From a virus: a stretch of 40,732 bases of DNA. The translations under genes and the position numbers were made by a program. Numbering within the stretch: position 1 is the first letter of the stretch; each line of letters begins with the position of its first letter. Below, piece by piece: positions 8,206-15,004 of this stretch. The notes under the pieces are model-generated. The model ran no database searches. It saw only the letters and a program-made list of their open reading frames with translations, and was not told the DNA's origin. The stretch is from the IMG/VR virus record IMGVR_UViG_3300028608_000002. One strand, given 5' to 3'.

Positions 8206-8726
8206 TCGTCACCGTCCGGGTCGTACTTGGCGGCGATCTCCAGCGCGGTGACGACGTAGCCCGTGGGGCGGGCGAAGTGAGGGCCGACGTGCTCGATCAG
8301 CTCCTGCTCCCCGTCCTCCGGCTGGTCGACGGCGTCCTCGCCCTCGCGCCACGACAGCTTCAGATCAGCGATTCCGCTGCTCGTGTACTCGCGGCGGACG
8401 AGGGTCTCGCAGTGCTCCCGGGCGGCGGCGGCCGTGGTGTACAGACCCATCACGATCGAGTCGTGCGACGCCCGGTAGACGGTGCCCTGCGCGGCCTCCA
8501 GCTCGGCGACGCGGTCCTGAGCCGTACGGAGCAGCCCGTCCAGCGTCTCCGCCCGCGACCGCTGCGCCTCGAACGCCGACCGGTAGTGCGCCGACTCGGC
8601 GGCCGTCTCCGGGGACTGGAGCAGCTGCGCCGACTCCAACGCCAGCGCGATACCCGCAGCCGTCCGGTTCTGCGTCAACGCCCGCAGGATCACGTCCGCC
8701 GCGCTGTTCACCAGCTTCGTGTTCAT
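8202..8726 (-). CDS. Hypothetical protein (174 aa)
   Basis: ORF track. ATGA overlap with the upstream stop. Balanced amino-acid composition. Confidence 0.7.
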   Translation of the reverse strand: MNTKLVNSAADVILRALTQNRTAAGIALALESAQLLQSPETAAESAHYRSAFEAQRSRAETLDGLLRTAQDRVAELEAAQGTVYRASHDSIVMGLYTTAAAAREHCETLVRREYTSSGIADLKLSWREGEDAVDQPEDGEQELIEHVGPHFARPTGYVVTALEIAAKYDPDGDE

Positions 8727-9166
8727 GCGGACACCTCGTTCGCGTCCGCCGCGCCCTCGAGCACCGCCACCGCCGACTCCGTAGTCCGGCCCCGGACGTC
8801 ACCCCAGTTCGCGACGTGCCCCTCCAGGTGGTGCGGCTCGTCGTTCCACGCGGGCTCGCCGTCCACCTCCAGACGACCGGCCAGCACCTTCACCGCCAGC
8901 TCGGACAGCTCCGTCTCGCGGTGCGGGTTGTCGCCGTGCGGGGACGCCACGCACCGGATCGCCGCCACGATCGACAGCGGACGCGACGCGTGCACCGACG
9001 TGGTGTAACGGTCGAACGGGTCGGGGCAGTAGTCGCCCTGGTGGTGGCCGTTCTTCGCGAGCAGCCGGGCCGCCGCGCGGAACACCGCGGGGACGGTCGT
9101 CGGCCGCGCCTGCGGCGACTCATGCAGCGGGAAAACCCTCCGGCTGCTCTGCAACAATGTGCCCAT
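8723..9166 (-). CDS. Hypothetical protein (147 aa)
   Basis: ORF 8723..9250 trimmed to ATG 9166 (AAGAGAGG SD). Confidence 0.65.
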   Translation of the reverse strand: MGTLLQSSRRVFPLHESPQARPTTVPAVFRAAARLLAKNGHHQGDYCPDPFDRYTTSVHASRPLSIVAAIRCVASPHGDNPHRETELSELAVKVLAGRLEVDGEPAWNDEPHHLEGHVANWGDVRGRTTESAVAVLEGAADANEVSA

Positions 9167-9260
9167 CGGGGCCTCTCTTTCTCTGGTTGGTAGGGGCGCC
9201 GTTCGAGGGGTCACCAGGCCGGCAAGTCGGGTGGCCCTTCGGCGCTTCATGAGGTGGGGG

Positions 9261-9548
9261 TCAGGCGGCGGGCGCGGCGGCCGGCTTGCGGGACTTCGCC
9301 CGGCGCGCGGCAGCGGACTTCAGCGCCATCGCCGAGAAGTGCGCCTTCCGCAGGTGCTCGGCCGTCTTCGCGATCTGCTCGTCCGTCGCGTTCGGGTGCT
9401 TCTCGCGGGCCTGCTTCTCAAAGCGGTCGTTCGCCGCGGCTCGCGCCTTCGCCGTCCGGGAGGCGGGGTCGAGTGTGTTCGCCCACGAGGTGTGCACGGC
9501 GATGCGAGCCCGGAGCGAGCGCTCCTCGGGGTTCAGGTCCGTCGGCAC
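9261..9548 (-). CDS. Hypothetical basic helical protein (95 aa)
   Basis: GTG 9548 has a strong AAGGAGA SD 6 nt upstream. Confidence 0.7.
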   Translation of the reverse strand: MPTDLNPEERSLRARIAVHTSWANTLDPASRTAKARAAANDRFEKQAREKHPNATDEQIAKTAEHLRKAHFSAMALKSAAARRAKSRKPAAAPAA

Positions 9549-9828
9549 GGGTTGTCTCCTTGCCTGTGAGTGAGTCGGTGTCCATGTCCATGGACATGGA
9601 CACGGGGTGGAAAAGAGCGCGTGGGGGAAGGTGGTAGGCGTCTGCCACCCTCCGCGCCTCGTCGCCGTTGACCGTTGGCCGGTCCTCGTCCACGAGGGCC
9701 TGCACCTTGCTCTTGCTGAGCCCTATGGCGGCGGCGAGTTCGCGGACGCTCGCCGGTTCGTCGTCGCGGTGGTCGTCGAGCAGCCTCCGCAGCAGGTCAC
9801 CGGCATGCAGTCGGTATCTGTCGCCCAC
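9418..9828 (-). CDS. Cro-like XRE-family HTH regulator. The 3' end is uncertain.
   Basis: ORF 9418..9945 trimmed to GTG 9828 (GGAG SD). The HTH segment is ASVRELAAAIGLSKSKVQALVDEDRPTV. The frame stays open through the 9578-9603 palindrome and overlaps the next gene by 131 nt. Confidence 0.6.
   Translation of the reverse strand: MGDRYRLHAGDLLRRLLDDHRDDEPASVRELAAAIGLSKSKVQALVDEDRPTVNGDEARRVADAYHLPPRALFHPVSMSMDMDTDSLTGKETTRADGPEPRGALAPGSHRRAHLVGEHTRPRLPDGEGASRGERPL
9578..9603. promoter_or_regulatory. 26-bp perfect palindrome GTGTCCATGTCCATGGACATGGACAC (2x TGTCCA plus 2x TGGACA)
   Basis: Read directly from the sequence. It lies 30 nt upstream of GTG 9548. Confidence 0.7.
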
Positions 9829-9841
9829 GGTTCTCCGTTCG

Positions 9842-9859
9842 TGTCCACGTTTCTGGACA
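9842..9859. promoter_or_regulatory. Operator-like site TGTCCA-cgtttc-TGGACA
   Basis: Inverted hexamers with a 6-nt spacer, 14 nt upstream of the cro-like start. Confidence 0.65.
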
Positions 9860-9887
9860 CGAGAAGCATCGCACTTAGTACAGCGCT

Positions 9888-9905
9888 TGTCCAGTTTTCT
9901 GGACA
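9888..9905. promoter_or_regulatory. Operator-like site TGTCCA-gttttc-TGGACA
   Basis: Same 6-6-6 architecture as 9842-9859. An extra half-site TGTCCA lies at 9912-9917. Confidence 0.65.
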
Positions 9906-9977
9906 GGGAGATGTCCACGCAGACGGTAAGGAGTTCGCCAAACACGGCAGGCCCGGTGGCTACATACGTCCGGGGAC

Positions 9978-9995
9978 GTGGACAATGGTGTCCAC
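9978..9995. promoter_or_regulatory. Operator-like site GTGGACA-atgg-TGTCCAC (half-sites in divergent order)
   Basis: Inverted repeat with a 4-nt spacer. A further half-site TGGACA lies at 10059-10064, just upstream of the repressor-like gene. Confidence 0.55.
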
Positions 9996-10083
9996 GGTTC
10001 AGGGTTGCCTAACTACCTCGAAACCTGCGACTTTGCCTTTGAGGTAACAGTGGCAGCGTGGACACTTAAGGGGAGAGACGCGG

Positions 10084-10470
10084 ATGCCGGAGCAGGACGA
10101 CGCGCTGACACGCCTCGTGCAAGAGCACGTGGGCCGGGGCAAGCGCCTCACGTTCCGGGCCTTCGAGGAACAGGCCGTCGACCCCCGCACCGGCCGGCGC
10201 ATCAGCAAGTCCACCGCCGAGAACGTGGCCAAGGGGCACCAGATCAAGGTCACCCCGGAAGTGCTGCGCGCCATCGCCGCCGGCATCGGCGAGGACCTCA
10301 CCCGAGTCCGCCGGGCCGCCATCCGTCAGTACATCGGCATCGAGGTGTCCGAGCTCGACGCCGACCCCGGCGATGACGACACCGTGATCCGCGTAGCCCA
10401 TCAAGTCGGCGCGAGCCGTGCCGAGTTGGAGCAGGCGCGGCGGTCGCTCGACAGCGCCAGCGAGGACTGA
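10084..10470 (+). CDS. CI-like XRE-type HTH repressor candidate (128 aa)
   Basis: ATG 10084 has a GGGGAGAGA SD. It is divergent from the cro-like gene across the operator array. The HTH-like segment is RISKSTAENVAKGHQIKVTPEVLRAIAAGIG. Confidence 0.65.
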   Translation: MPEQDDALTRLVQEHVGRGKRLTFRAFEEQAVDPRTGRRISKSTAENVAKGHQIKVTPEVLRAIAAGIGEDLTRVRRAAIRQYIGIEVSELDADPGDDDTVIRVAHQVGASRAELEQARRSLDSASED

Positions 10471-10603
10471 CCGCGCGAACCACTGTTCGAGCTGCTGTTT
10501 TCTTACTGACTCTGGGTTTAACTTCACCCCGTCGGGTGACTCGCTGATGCGTGCTGCTACGCGTACAGTGATCGAACCTCGTGCAGGTCGAACGTACGTG
10601 CGA

Positions 10604-10960
10604 CTACCCATGTCTTCGCACGGCCGTGGAATAGGGGGTCGCGTGGCAGTACCAGAAGTCGTCGTCTACGCAGACGACCTTGGCGGCAGAGCGCCCGTCG
10701 CGCTCAAGGACAGCCTCAAGGAGTTCCGGCTCGCCATAGATTTCTCCCACCCACCGGAGAAGATCGTCGCCAGCCTCGCCGAAGTACTCCAAGAGAGCGT
10801 CGACACTCGACGGTGGGTACGGCGCACCACGCACGGAACAGGGGAGGCAGGAGCCTAGCGCCCGCCCCTCCCTCACACGCACAAGGCAGTCACCTGGGGC
10901 TGAGGTCCCGGTGATGCTGGCGCACCCCGCCCCGCCGGCGGAGGCACCCCGCGACAGCAT
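10604..10960 (-). CDS. Hypothetical moron ORF in the low-GC islet downstream of int. Strand and start are ambiguous.
   Basis: ATG 10960 lies 20 nt after the int stop. The C-terminal half (LLEYFGEAGDDLLRWVGEIYGEPELLEAVLERDG...DDDFWYCHATPY) is protein-like. An antisense ORF at 10610..10858 (+) is open over the same DNA with a similar third-position GC by my count. Confidence 0.35.
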   Translation of the reverse strand: MLSRGASAGGAGCASITGTSAPGDCLVRVREGRALGSCLPCSVRGAPYPPSSVDALLEYFGEAGDDLLRWVGEIYGEPELLEAVLERDGRSAAKVVCVDDDFWYCHATPYSTAVRRHG

Positions 10961-10979
10961 CTTCCGGGACCGCCCCGCC

Positions 10980-11942
10980 CTACAGCCGGTCGCCCGGGCT
11001 CAACCGCCGATGCTGCTCCCGCGCCCGCTCCGCACCGGCCGACCGTGCGTACCGGTCCACCATGCTGCGCGACTTCCAGCCCGTGATCCGCATCAGGTCC
11101 GTCTCGTTCCCCCCGGCCGTCAGCCACATGTGACTGAAGGTGTGCCGGAACTGGTGCGGGTGGATACGGCCGAGACCGGCCTCCTGCGACCGGCGCGCCA
11201 GCAGCTTGCCCGCCCCCGAGACGGTCAGCGGCTTCCGCGTCTTCTGCCCGATCCACAGGGCGTCCAGCCGCCTCCCGTCCGGGTGCCGGGCCCGCGCCCG
11301 CAGGTACCGGTCCAGCGCCTGAGCCGTCTTCGTGCCGAACGGCACCGCCCGGCCCCGCGCCGCCCGCCCGCCGCCGGCCTTCCCCATCACGTGCATCACC
11401 TGCATGTCGAGGTCGACGTCTTCCACCGTGCGGTTCACCGCTTCGGACAGGCGGACGCCGGAGTCCAGCCAGAGCAGGATCAGTGCGCGGTCCCGCAGCT
11501 CGGGGAAGCCGCGGCCGGTGACGGTCTTGAGGAGCTGCTGGAGCTGGTCGGTGGAGAGGATCGGCACTTCCGGGTCCTCGGTCTGCGGAGCGGACAGCCC
11601 TTCCGCGGGGGACCGGTCAATCTCCTCTTCGATCACCAGCCACTTCAGCCACTGCTGGACACCGAGGAAACGGGAGCGCGCCGAGGAGGCGGAGGTGCGG
11701 GCGATCTCGTGGACGGTGAACGCCTGGACGTGGGCCTTGCTGATGTCGACGACGTCGTCCACCGGGTCGACGGGCTGGATGCCGCTGTCCTTGGGAGGTG
11801 CGGGGGGATCAATGAGATAGTCGGCGAAGAGGTTTGCGGAGCGGAGGTAGGAGCGGATGGTCTCAGCGCTCTTGTTGTTGGAGCGGAGGGACAGTTCCCA
11901 CGAGCGGATGAGCGTGGTGAACAGGCGTCGGTTGTCTCCCAT
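10980..11942 (-). CDS. int: Tyrosine integrase (XerC/D-like site-specific recombinase)
   Basis: 320 aa. ATG 11942 has a GGGAG SD. It has an N-terminal SAM-like core-binding domain, catalytic-region motifs RLSE, HQFRHT and GWKS, and the tyrosine in VDRYAR. Confidence 0.88.
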   Translation of the reverse strand: MGDNRRLFTTLIRSWELSLRSNNKSAETIRSYLRSANLFADYLIDPPAPPKDSGIQPVDPVDDVVDISKAHVQAFTVHEIARTSASSARSRFLGVQQWLKWLVIEEEIDRSPAEGLSAPQTEDPEVPILSTDQLQQLLKTVTGRGFPELRDRALILLWLDSGVRLSEAVNRTVEDVDLDMQVMHVMGKAGGGRAARGRAVPFGTKTAQALDRYLRARARHPDGRRLDALWIGQKTRKPLTVSGAGKLLARRSQEAGLGRIHPHQFRHTFSHMWLTAGGNETDLMRITGWKSRSMVDRYARSAGAERAREQHRRLSPGDRL

Positions 11943-12420
11943 GACTCCCGGAACTTATCCGCCCTATGAGCGCTGTACAAGGCTCCGGGGAAAGTCTGTA
12001 GGGTCGAAACAGCAGGTCACACCACTGATTGGGGAATCGCCGTGCGGCCGGTAGGGAGCAACTATCACGCTCCGAGCGCTGTACTAACCCGCGTTTGACC
12101 TGCTGGGCTCTGAGCGCGTTTATCGGAGTTACCTGCCCCATCTCCACCCCGGCGCACAAGGCTCTGACCAGGGCGCCGATTGTCGGAACCCGCCAGCCGC
12201 CCATCCTGGGGACATGAGACTGCCCCGACCCGGTGAAGGGCCGGGGCAGTCCGCCGGCGCGTGGTCCCGCCATCCGAGCGGGTGACCTCGTGCAGAGAGC
12301 CGCCACGGCCGGCGTCAGTGAGGGGGGTGCGACGCATCGATACCCACCAGCCCTGCAAGATCAAACGATGTAGGCCAACTCCTACAGACAATGGGATCAT
12401 GAACCCGCGAACGTGGGCGG
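11943..12420. other. Candidate attP / int regulatory region (non-coding, lower GC, repeat-rich)
   Basis: GAGCGCTGTAC occurs at 11968-11978 and 12074-12084. The 10-bp inverted pair CAGCAGGTCA (12010-12019) / TGACCTGCTG (12096-12105) is also present. There is no convincing ORF. Confidence 0.45.
12218..12251. terminator. Strong hairpin GACTGCCCCG-(14 nt)-CGGGGCAGTC in the int-XRE intergenic region
   Basis: Perfect 10-bp stem plus an inner CCC/GGG pairing. No U-tract. Confidence 0.5.
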
Positions 12421-12657
12421 GTGCCATCTGTCTCGCCCCCACCCGACTGGGTTCTCGCTGAGCGGCAGGCAGTAGGCGAACGCATCCGCGCCGCGAGGCT
12501 CCGGGCCGGACTCACACAGGAGACCGTGGCCTTAGCTGCCGAGACCGACCGCCCCTCCGTCGTACGGATCGAGCGCGGCCAGCAGTCCCCCACCCTCGAC
12601 ACCCTGATCCGTCTCGCTCGGGCGATCGGCGTGTCCCTCGCTGAACTGGTGGGGTGA
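12421..12657 (+). CDS. XRE-family HTH transcriptional regulator (78 aa)
   Basis: GTG start. The sequence RIRAARLRAGLTQETVALAAETDRPSVVRIERGQQSPTLDTLIRLARAIGVSLAELV is a canonical HTH_XRE pattern. Confidence 0.8.
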   Translation: MPSVSPPPDWVLAERQAVGERIRAARLRAGLTQETVALAAETDRPSVVRIERGQQSPTLDTLIRLARAIGVSLAELVG

Positions 12658-12692
12658 GCGGCCGCCCCAGGCTGCTAACCGGGCGGCCGCTC
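12656..12692 (+). terminator. Intrinsic terminator after the XRE gene (12-bp stem GAGCGGCCGCCC/GGGCGGCCGCTC, then TTCCCTTC)
   Basis: The perfect inverted repeat overlaps the stop codon and has a pyrimidine/T-rich tail. Confidence 0.7.
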
Positions 12693-12694
12693 TT

Positions 12695-12723
12695 CCCTTC
12701 GCCGGACAGGTGGCAGCGAAGGG
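12695..12723 (+). terminator. Second tandem hairpin CCCTTCGC-(13 nt)-GCGAAGGG
   Basis: Perfect 8-bp stem two nt after the first terminator. Confidence 0.45.
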
Positions 12724-12820
12724 AGCTGGTGGGTGCGGACCGCCCTGTACTGCTCCGCCATCGGGCGGCCCGCGTCCTGGCTCCGGCCTTAAGGCAGGCG
12801 CGGCGTGCCAGGTTCTTGGT

Positions 12821-12860
12821 GAGCGGCCCGTCCCCGACGGGGTACGGGGGCGGGCCGCTC
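12821..12860 (-). terminator. Hairpin terminator after the Cys-rich operon (10-bp stem GAGCGGCCCG/CGGGCCGCTC with an inner CCCC/GGGG)
   Basis: Perfect inverted repeat 48 nt downstream of the stop at 12908. Confidence 0.6.
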
Positions 12861-12907
12861 GGTCCCGCGCTCGGTGCGATCGGCGGATTGCACACCGGGC
12901 GCGGGAG

Positions 12908-13093
12908 TCAGTGGGTGCAGCGGCGGATCATCACGTTGCAGTCAGAGACGCGCGTGAGGTCGCCGGCCTTCCGGGCTATGTCCCGGCGGCAGGCCCAGCC
13001 GCGGCAGTTGGTGCAGCCGGGGGCCGGCTCCGGCTCGAGCAGCGGCTCGCCCAGGGCGGGCGCGGCCTCCATCGTCGTCACCGGCTCGGTCAC
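12908..13093 (-). CDS. Small Cys-rich protein (61 aa, 5 Cys)
   Basis: ORF 12908..13309 trimmed to GTG 13093 (GTGA overlap with the upstream stop). The sequence contains ...GCTNCRGWACRRDIARKAGDLTRVSDCNVMIRRCTH. Confidence 0.55.
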   Translation of the reverse strand: MTEPVTTMEAAPALGEPLLEPEPAPGCTNCRGWACRRDIARKAGDLTRVSDCNVMIRRCTH

Positions 13094-13422
13094 AGCCCGC
13101 CCTGCCTCATGATCCGCTGCGCGGCGACGGCGGTCGGGCACGACGGGTCCGTCCGGCACACGTCGCAGGCGGGGCAGTGCTCCCACAGCAGCCGGTACGC
13201 CGCCCGCGCGGCGCACACCCAGCACCCGCGGGGGAAGAGCTGGCCGCCGTCGACGGCGGGCCGCTCGCCGGCGTCGACGGCCGTCTCGGTGGTGAGCGCT
13301 GTGCGGCACCAGGCGCAGTCAGCGCCGCGGCGCTGCCGGTCGGACAGCTGGGAGAGCGCGGGCAGCGGGAGCTGGAGGACACCGTCTGTCCGTACGGCGG
13401 GCGGGTGGATAGTCTCTGGCAC
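13090..13422 (-). CDS. Cys-rich putative zinc-binding protein (110 aa, 8 Cys)
   Basis: GTG 13422 has an AAAGGAG SD. The motifs are CAWC, CWVC, HCPACDVC and SCP. Confidence 0.7.
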   Translation of the reverse strand: MPETIHPPAVRTDGVLQLPLPALSQLSDRQRRGADCAWCRTALTTETAVDAGERPAVDGGQLFPRGCWVCAARAAYRLLWEHCPACDVCRTDPSCPTAVAAQRIMRQGGL

Positions 13423-13514
13423 GTCGACGCTCCTTTGTCAGCGTGGGCCACGCCCCCGGACCGGTCGCACGGTCGCGGGGGTAGTTCCTTCACTGCGGAG
13501 CGTAGCCCTAGTGA

Positions 13515-13530
13515 GCCTAGCTAGCTAGGC
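13515..13530. promoter_or_regulatory. 16-bp perfect palindrome GCCTAGCTAGCTAGGC (candidate GntR operator)
   Basis: Read directly from the sequence. It lies in the divergent intergenic region. Extra CCTAG copies occur at 13507-13511 and 13570-13574. Confidence 0.6.
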
Positions 13531-13557
13531 GAAACAGGCGAACTCGTCTCGCTCGGT

Positions 13558-13821
13558 ATGATCCGCCCGCCTAGCGTCCCGATCATGGAATGGCAGCCAG
13601 ACGTACCGCGATGGCGACAGGTGTACGCCATCTACGAGGAGCGCATCACCGACGGCACGTACCCGCCCGGCACCCAGCTCCCCGGCGTCCTCGCCATCCA
13701 GGCCGAGTTCGGCATCGCGCAGATGACCGCCCGCCGCGTCCTCACCGAGCTGCGCGCCGCCGGCCTCGCGCAGATGCAGCCGGGCGTGGGCACCTTCGTC
13801 ACCACCCTGCCGCAGAAGTAG
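13558..13821 (+). CDS. GntR-family winged-HTH regulator, DNA-binding domain only (87 aa; alternative ATG at 13585)
   Basis: The sequence YAIYEERITDGTYPPGTQLPGVLAIQAEFGIAQMTARRVLTELRAAGL fits the GntR N-domain pattern. There is no effector domain and no obvious SD. Confidence 0.75.
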   Translation: MIRPPSVPIMEWQPDVPRWRQVYAIYEERITDGTYPPGTQLPGVLAIQAEFGIAQMTARRVLTELRAAGLAQMQPGVGTFVTTLPQK

Positions 13822-13828
13822 CACCGGC

Positions 13829-14155
13829 TCACACTCCAGTTCGATCGCGGTGCTCGCGCTGAGCCTTCAACAGCAGGCGGACGCGCTGCGCCATCACCCC
13901 CGCGATCACCACCGCGATCGCCGTGCGCGCCCACCGCAGCGCCTGCGCGAAACTGCCGTCCGGCCACAAGGTCATCAGCACGGTGTAGACGAACAGCGCG
14001 CCGAGCGCGGCGGCGAGCGCCATCAAATTGCGGCCCACCTCCGACCGCCGCCACGTCGTACGCAGGTGATAGACGACAACGAACACCACGCACACCACCG
14101 CCACCAGCAGCGACGCCGCAACGTTCGCCCACTGGTCGGCACTCAGATCTCTCAC
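13829..14155 (-). CDS. Membrane protein with 3 TM helices, at the end of the lysis cassette
   Basis: ORF track with a GTG start and GTGA overlap. It has three hydrophobic helices. Confidence 0.65.
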   Translation of the reverse strand: MRDLSADQWANVAASLLVAVVCVVFVVVYHLRTTWRRSEVGRNLMALAAALGALFVYTVLMTLWPDGSFAQALRWARTAIAVVIAGVMAQRVRLLLKAQREHRDRTGV

Positions 14156-14364
14156 CTTGCTGCCCCTCTGAACAACGCCTCGATGCGCTCGGCGAGGTGG
14201 TTCTCCTCCCGGGCCCGGCGGATGCTCGCCACCACCGCAGTCACCATGGGCTGACGGGCTTCGGCTTCCTGCCGTGCCTCCCGTGCCCGCTCCAGTGCCG
14301 CCTCGGAAGGGCGCTGCTCGGTGTCGTCACATCCGAGTACGCGTCGCCTGATCCACGCTCGCAC
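14152..14364 (-). CDS. Hypothetical charged helical protein (70 aa)
   Basis: GTG 14364 has a GGAGG about 11 nt upstream. It overlaps the upstream gene by 38 nt. Confidence 0.45.
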   Translation of the reverse strand: MRAWIRRRVLGCDDTEQRPSEAALERAREARQEAEARQPMVTAVVASIRRAREENHLAERIEALFRGAAR

Positions 14365-14644
14365 CGCCGTTCACCTCCTCTACAGCCTGCCCTGGCTGGG
14401 GCAAGGCGGTGAGGATGTGCCCGCCGATCTTCGCCATCTCGAGCAGCTCCCCCGTCTGTTCGTGCTCTACCCGGCGGGCCGCCTCGGACTCGAGGTATGC
14501 CTGCCGCCAGTTGTCCCGGTCGGCGATCGTGTCCTCGAGGATGCGGCGGGGAACGAGGCGGCCCGTCAGGATCATGAGGACGACGAGGACAAGGAGCGCG
14601 GTGGCGCCGCCCTCCACCGGGTTGATGCCGAAGATCTCGTTCAC
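14327..14644 (-). CDS. Lysis-associated membrane protein (N-terminal TM plus coiled coil)
   Basis: GTG 14644 has an AGGAGAGGG SD. The TM helix is ATALLVLVVLMILTG. Confidence 0.65.
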   Translation of the reverse strand: MNEIFGINPVEGGATALLVLVVLMILTGRLVPRRILEDTIADRDNWRQAYLESEAARRVEHEQTGELLEMAKIGGHILTALPQPGQAVEEVNGGASVDQATRTRM

Positions 14645-14679
14645 CGCCGCGCCCTCTCCTGTGGTGCTCTTCGCAATGG

Positions 14680-14961
14680 TCAGACGCCCGGCGCCGTGCT
14701 GGCGCTGTTGCGCTGACCGATCACCTTCGCGACGAGGCCCTTCAGCAGCGAGCCGACCGCCGCTATCCCGGCCACGCCCACCGTCTCCCAGAACGACGCG
14801 GAGAACATGTCACCGGGCCCGGCCGCCAGCGCCACACCGCCGGCGGCGACGAGGAACGTCCACACGATCCGCTCGACGAGGTCTCTCGCGTAGGTGCCGC
14901 CGGTCTTCACGACGGTCTCGACGTCCGCGCGGCTGGGGAAGTTGGGGGTGGGGTTCGTCAT
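14680..14961 (-). CDS. Holin (putative, two TM)
   Basis: ATG 14961 has an AGGAGAG SD. It lies directly downstream of the endolysin gene and has two TM helices (VWTFLVAAGGVALAA and VGVAGIAAVGSLLKGLV). Confidence 0.6.
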   Translation of the reverse strand: MTNPTPNFPSRADVETVVKTGGTYARDLVERIVWTFLVAAGGVALAAGPGDMFSASFWETVGVAGIAAVGSLLKGLVAKVIGQRNSASTAPGV

Positions 14962-15004
14962 GGCTGTCTTCTCTCCTGAGGGGTTGGGCAGCGGGCCGGG
15001 TGGC

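Noticed and set aside
9829-9945. The upstream ATG/GTG at 9945 as the start of the cro-like gene (175-aa version in the ORF track)
   Set aside because: That extension would translate straight through two operator sites. It encodes Cys/Lys/Arg-rich sequence from the low-GC intergenic DNA. GTG 9828 has a proper GGAG SD.
10418-10858. The full 146-aa plus-strand ORF that starts inside the repressor gene
   Set aside because: The N-terminal 64 aa overlap the end of the CI-like gene out of frame and cross the non-coding low-GC stretch. Only the part from ATG 10610 is considered, and only as the ambiguous antisense partner of 10604..10960.
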